Assembly: GCA_026026165.1 (NCBI GenBank)
Contig: JAPEUD010000020.1
Location: forward strand, 124,001-188,000
Reading direction: 5' to 3'
From: Sarea resinae
Taxonomy: Eukaryota
DNA: 64,000 nucleotides
In this document: positions 62,431-64,000 of the stretch, in pieces
Layout: every line of letters starts with the position of its first letter
Numbering within the stretch: the first letter of the stretch is position 1
The notes under the pieces: model-generated
Told to the model about the DNA's origin: nothing
Databases searched by the model: none
What the model saw: the letters and a program-made list of their open reading frames with translations, nothing else
Program-made: the position numbers and the translations under genes

Positions 62431-63401
62431 GATTTGAAGATTTGGAATATTTAGCGGACAGTAAATCGAACGCAATCAAAGACAACGATGAAATAAAAAC
62501 ATATGTCCTGTGAGAAAGGCACGGAGTAGCACGAGAGCTCTGGAAGAAGAAACAGCTGTTGCCTAGAGGCTAAGGGAATCGAACGAACACCAGCAAGGTT
62601 CGCTCTGCATGGTTCTGCTTCCTCCACCCCTGACAACATTGCTGGAGATGGGCCAAAGAGTGAGCGCTTTCTTGATCGGCGAAACTCGACATACTACTCA
62701 TTGATTTTGTCAGTGACTGTCATCGAGAACATTCAATGTAAAGATGCAAAACGTGGACGTGAATGCATGATTTAGACGCGTTCAGGGGAAATTAGACTTG
62801 CCAGGCGATCGTCGCCTCTCCTTCACTGTGATTGGTGGACAAGACCGACATTGAACCACGACCACAACCACCACCGTGCGCAATTTCGACAATCGATTCA
62901 TGCGCTGCCTCTCTCCAGATCATGTCATCTTGCGCTCTTGCCCTCATCGCCGAGATTGAGAGCGTCCGTTGAGGTTTCTCGGCTTTGATTCTCACGACGA
63001 CTCTCACGACGATTCCTCCCTGGCTGCTCGAGAGCCGACGATTGTTGACTCCTGTCTGGTCTCCTGCTTGCTCCCAGCCCTGCTCTTGTCAAGCTGAATC
63101 GACAAACGCTCCTCACGATCGTCACGGACAACAATCTCAACGCTGTTTCCTGAACAGGATTTCACTCATTCACTGCATCTGACACGCCTGTCGACTTCCA
63201 ATTGTGAAGCATTCGTTACCGTCCAAGTGACTGCAACCGTGGTTGTACCCGACAATACTCGACAATCTACCACCCGTGGCCGACAACCTGAAACCTCGTC
63301 CGATTCTCTCTCTTCAGCCCAGTTCTAATCCGTTCATCACAACTTACGAAATCCCAAATCAGCATCGCTTAAGACGGGCCTTGCCTGTCAGAATCTCAGT
63401 G

Positions 63402-64000
63402 ATGGCTACACCGACACCAATACCCGATTACAATCGCAATCGGCTTCCCACTCTCTTCGAAGTCTTGAGCCGGAGGACTCTGGCACCTGTCGACCTCTTC
63501 TCATTCTACATTTACATGCGAGACCAGCAGCGATCTGTTGACTATCTTGATTTCTGGTATGTCAATCAACTCTGCCTCAGCTCGCCTGTCCGAACCAGAG
63601 CTGATCTAGTGACAAAGGCTCGATGTGTCCCAACACATGTCCCTCTGCAGGCACTATGTGCGCGAACTCCGTCGTTCGGTTCTAGTCGAGACACCCGAAC
63701 TCGAGAAGGCCGGTAGCAAACGATCCTCTGCGATCCTTGACAACTTTGGCGACATGAACGAAATGGCTGGCCCGTCAATGCATCCTCAGTCATCAGAGGA
63801 GGAAAAGAGCCGAGATCAGCGACTGTCCGCATTCTTACGGTCTGATAATGGTCCTAACGGTCATTCTCCTCAGAGCAGTGTCGGATCACAGCATCCAGAC
63901 AACGAGTATGGCGAGCGCCCTCCGAGGCCTAGCTTCATGAGCACACCTGATCGCCGCACGGACTCCAATTCACCCGCCCATACTGTCGCCAGAGCAGACA
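63402..64000 (+). CDS. RAX1: RGS-domain bud-site/polarity protein Rax1-like, 3'-truncated by the window
   Basis: RNRLPTLFEVLSRRTLAPVDLFSFYIYMRDQQRSVDYLDFW|LDVSQHMSLCRHYVRELRRSVL. Confidence 0.85.

Overview
Intron-rich, gene-dense genomic DNA from a filamentous ascomycete (Pezizomycotina, inferred from gene content, short GT-AG introns with CTRAY branch sites and RIP-type mutation). About 20 host genes are supported. They are a partial CTNNBL1, RPB2, TOM6, an alpha-arrestin, a TGL2-like lipase, VMA10, PET117, a long coiled-coil protein, an NADP alcohol dehydrogenase, an ADIP/Msd1 (TinA-like) protein, Nup85, L-rhamnose dehydrogenase, a Zn2Cys6 regulator, an 82-aa Cys/His protein, an LRA4-like aldolase, esdC, a Rieske/AIF flavoprotein, a GH16, a 2OG-Fe(II) oxygenase and a partial Rax1. 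The main accessory feature is a complete 7,820-bp RIP-inactivated AcademH-type DNA transposon (8309-16128) inserted 157 bp upstream of TOM6. It has 21-bp TIRs, a 9-bp TSD, a RecQ-like helicase, a DUF6589-type transposase and an unexpected third gene with a Zn2Cys6-like motif. Other notable items are a 2-nt microexon inside the lipase catalytic motif, a dynein-adaptor-like CC1 box in an uncharacterised coiled-coil protein, a partial L-rhamnose cluster that includes LRA4, and a 1-kb RIP-like tract with no recognisable transposon. All family assignments come from manual motif recognition; no searches were run.
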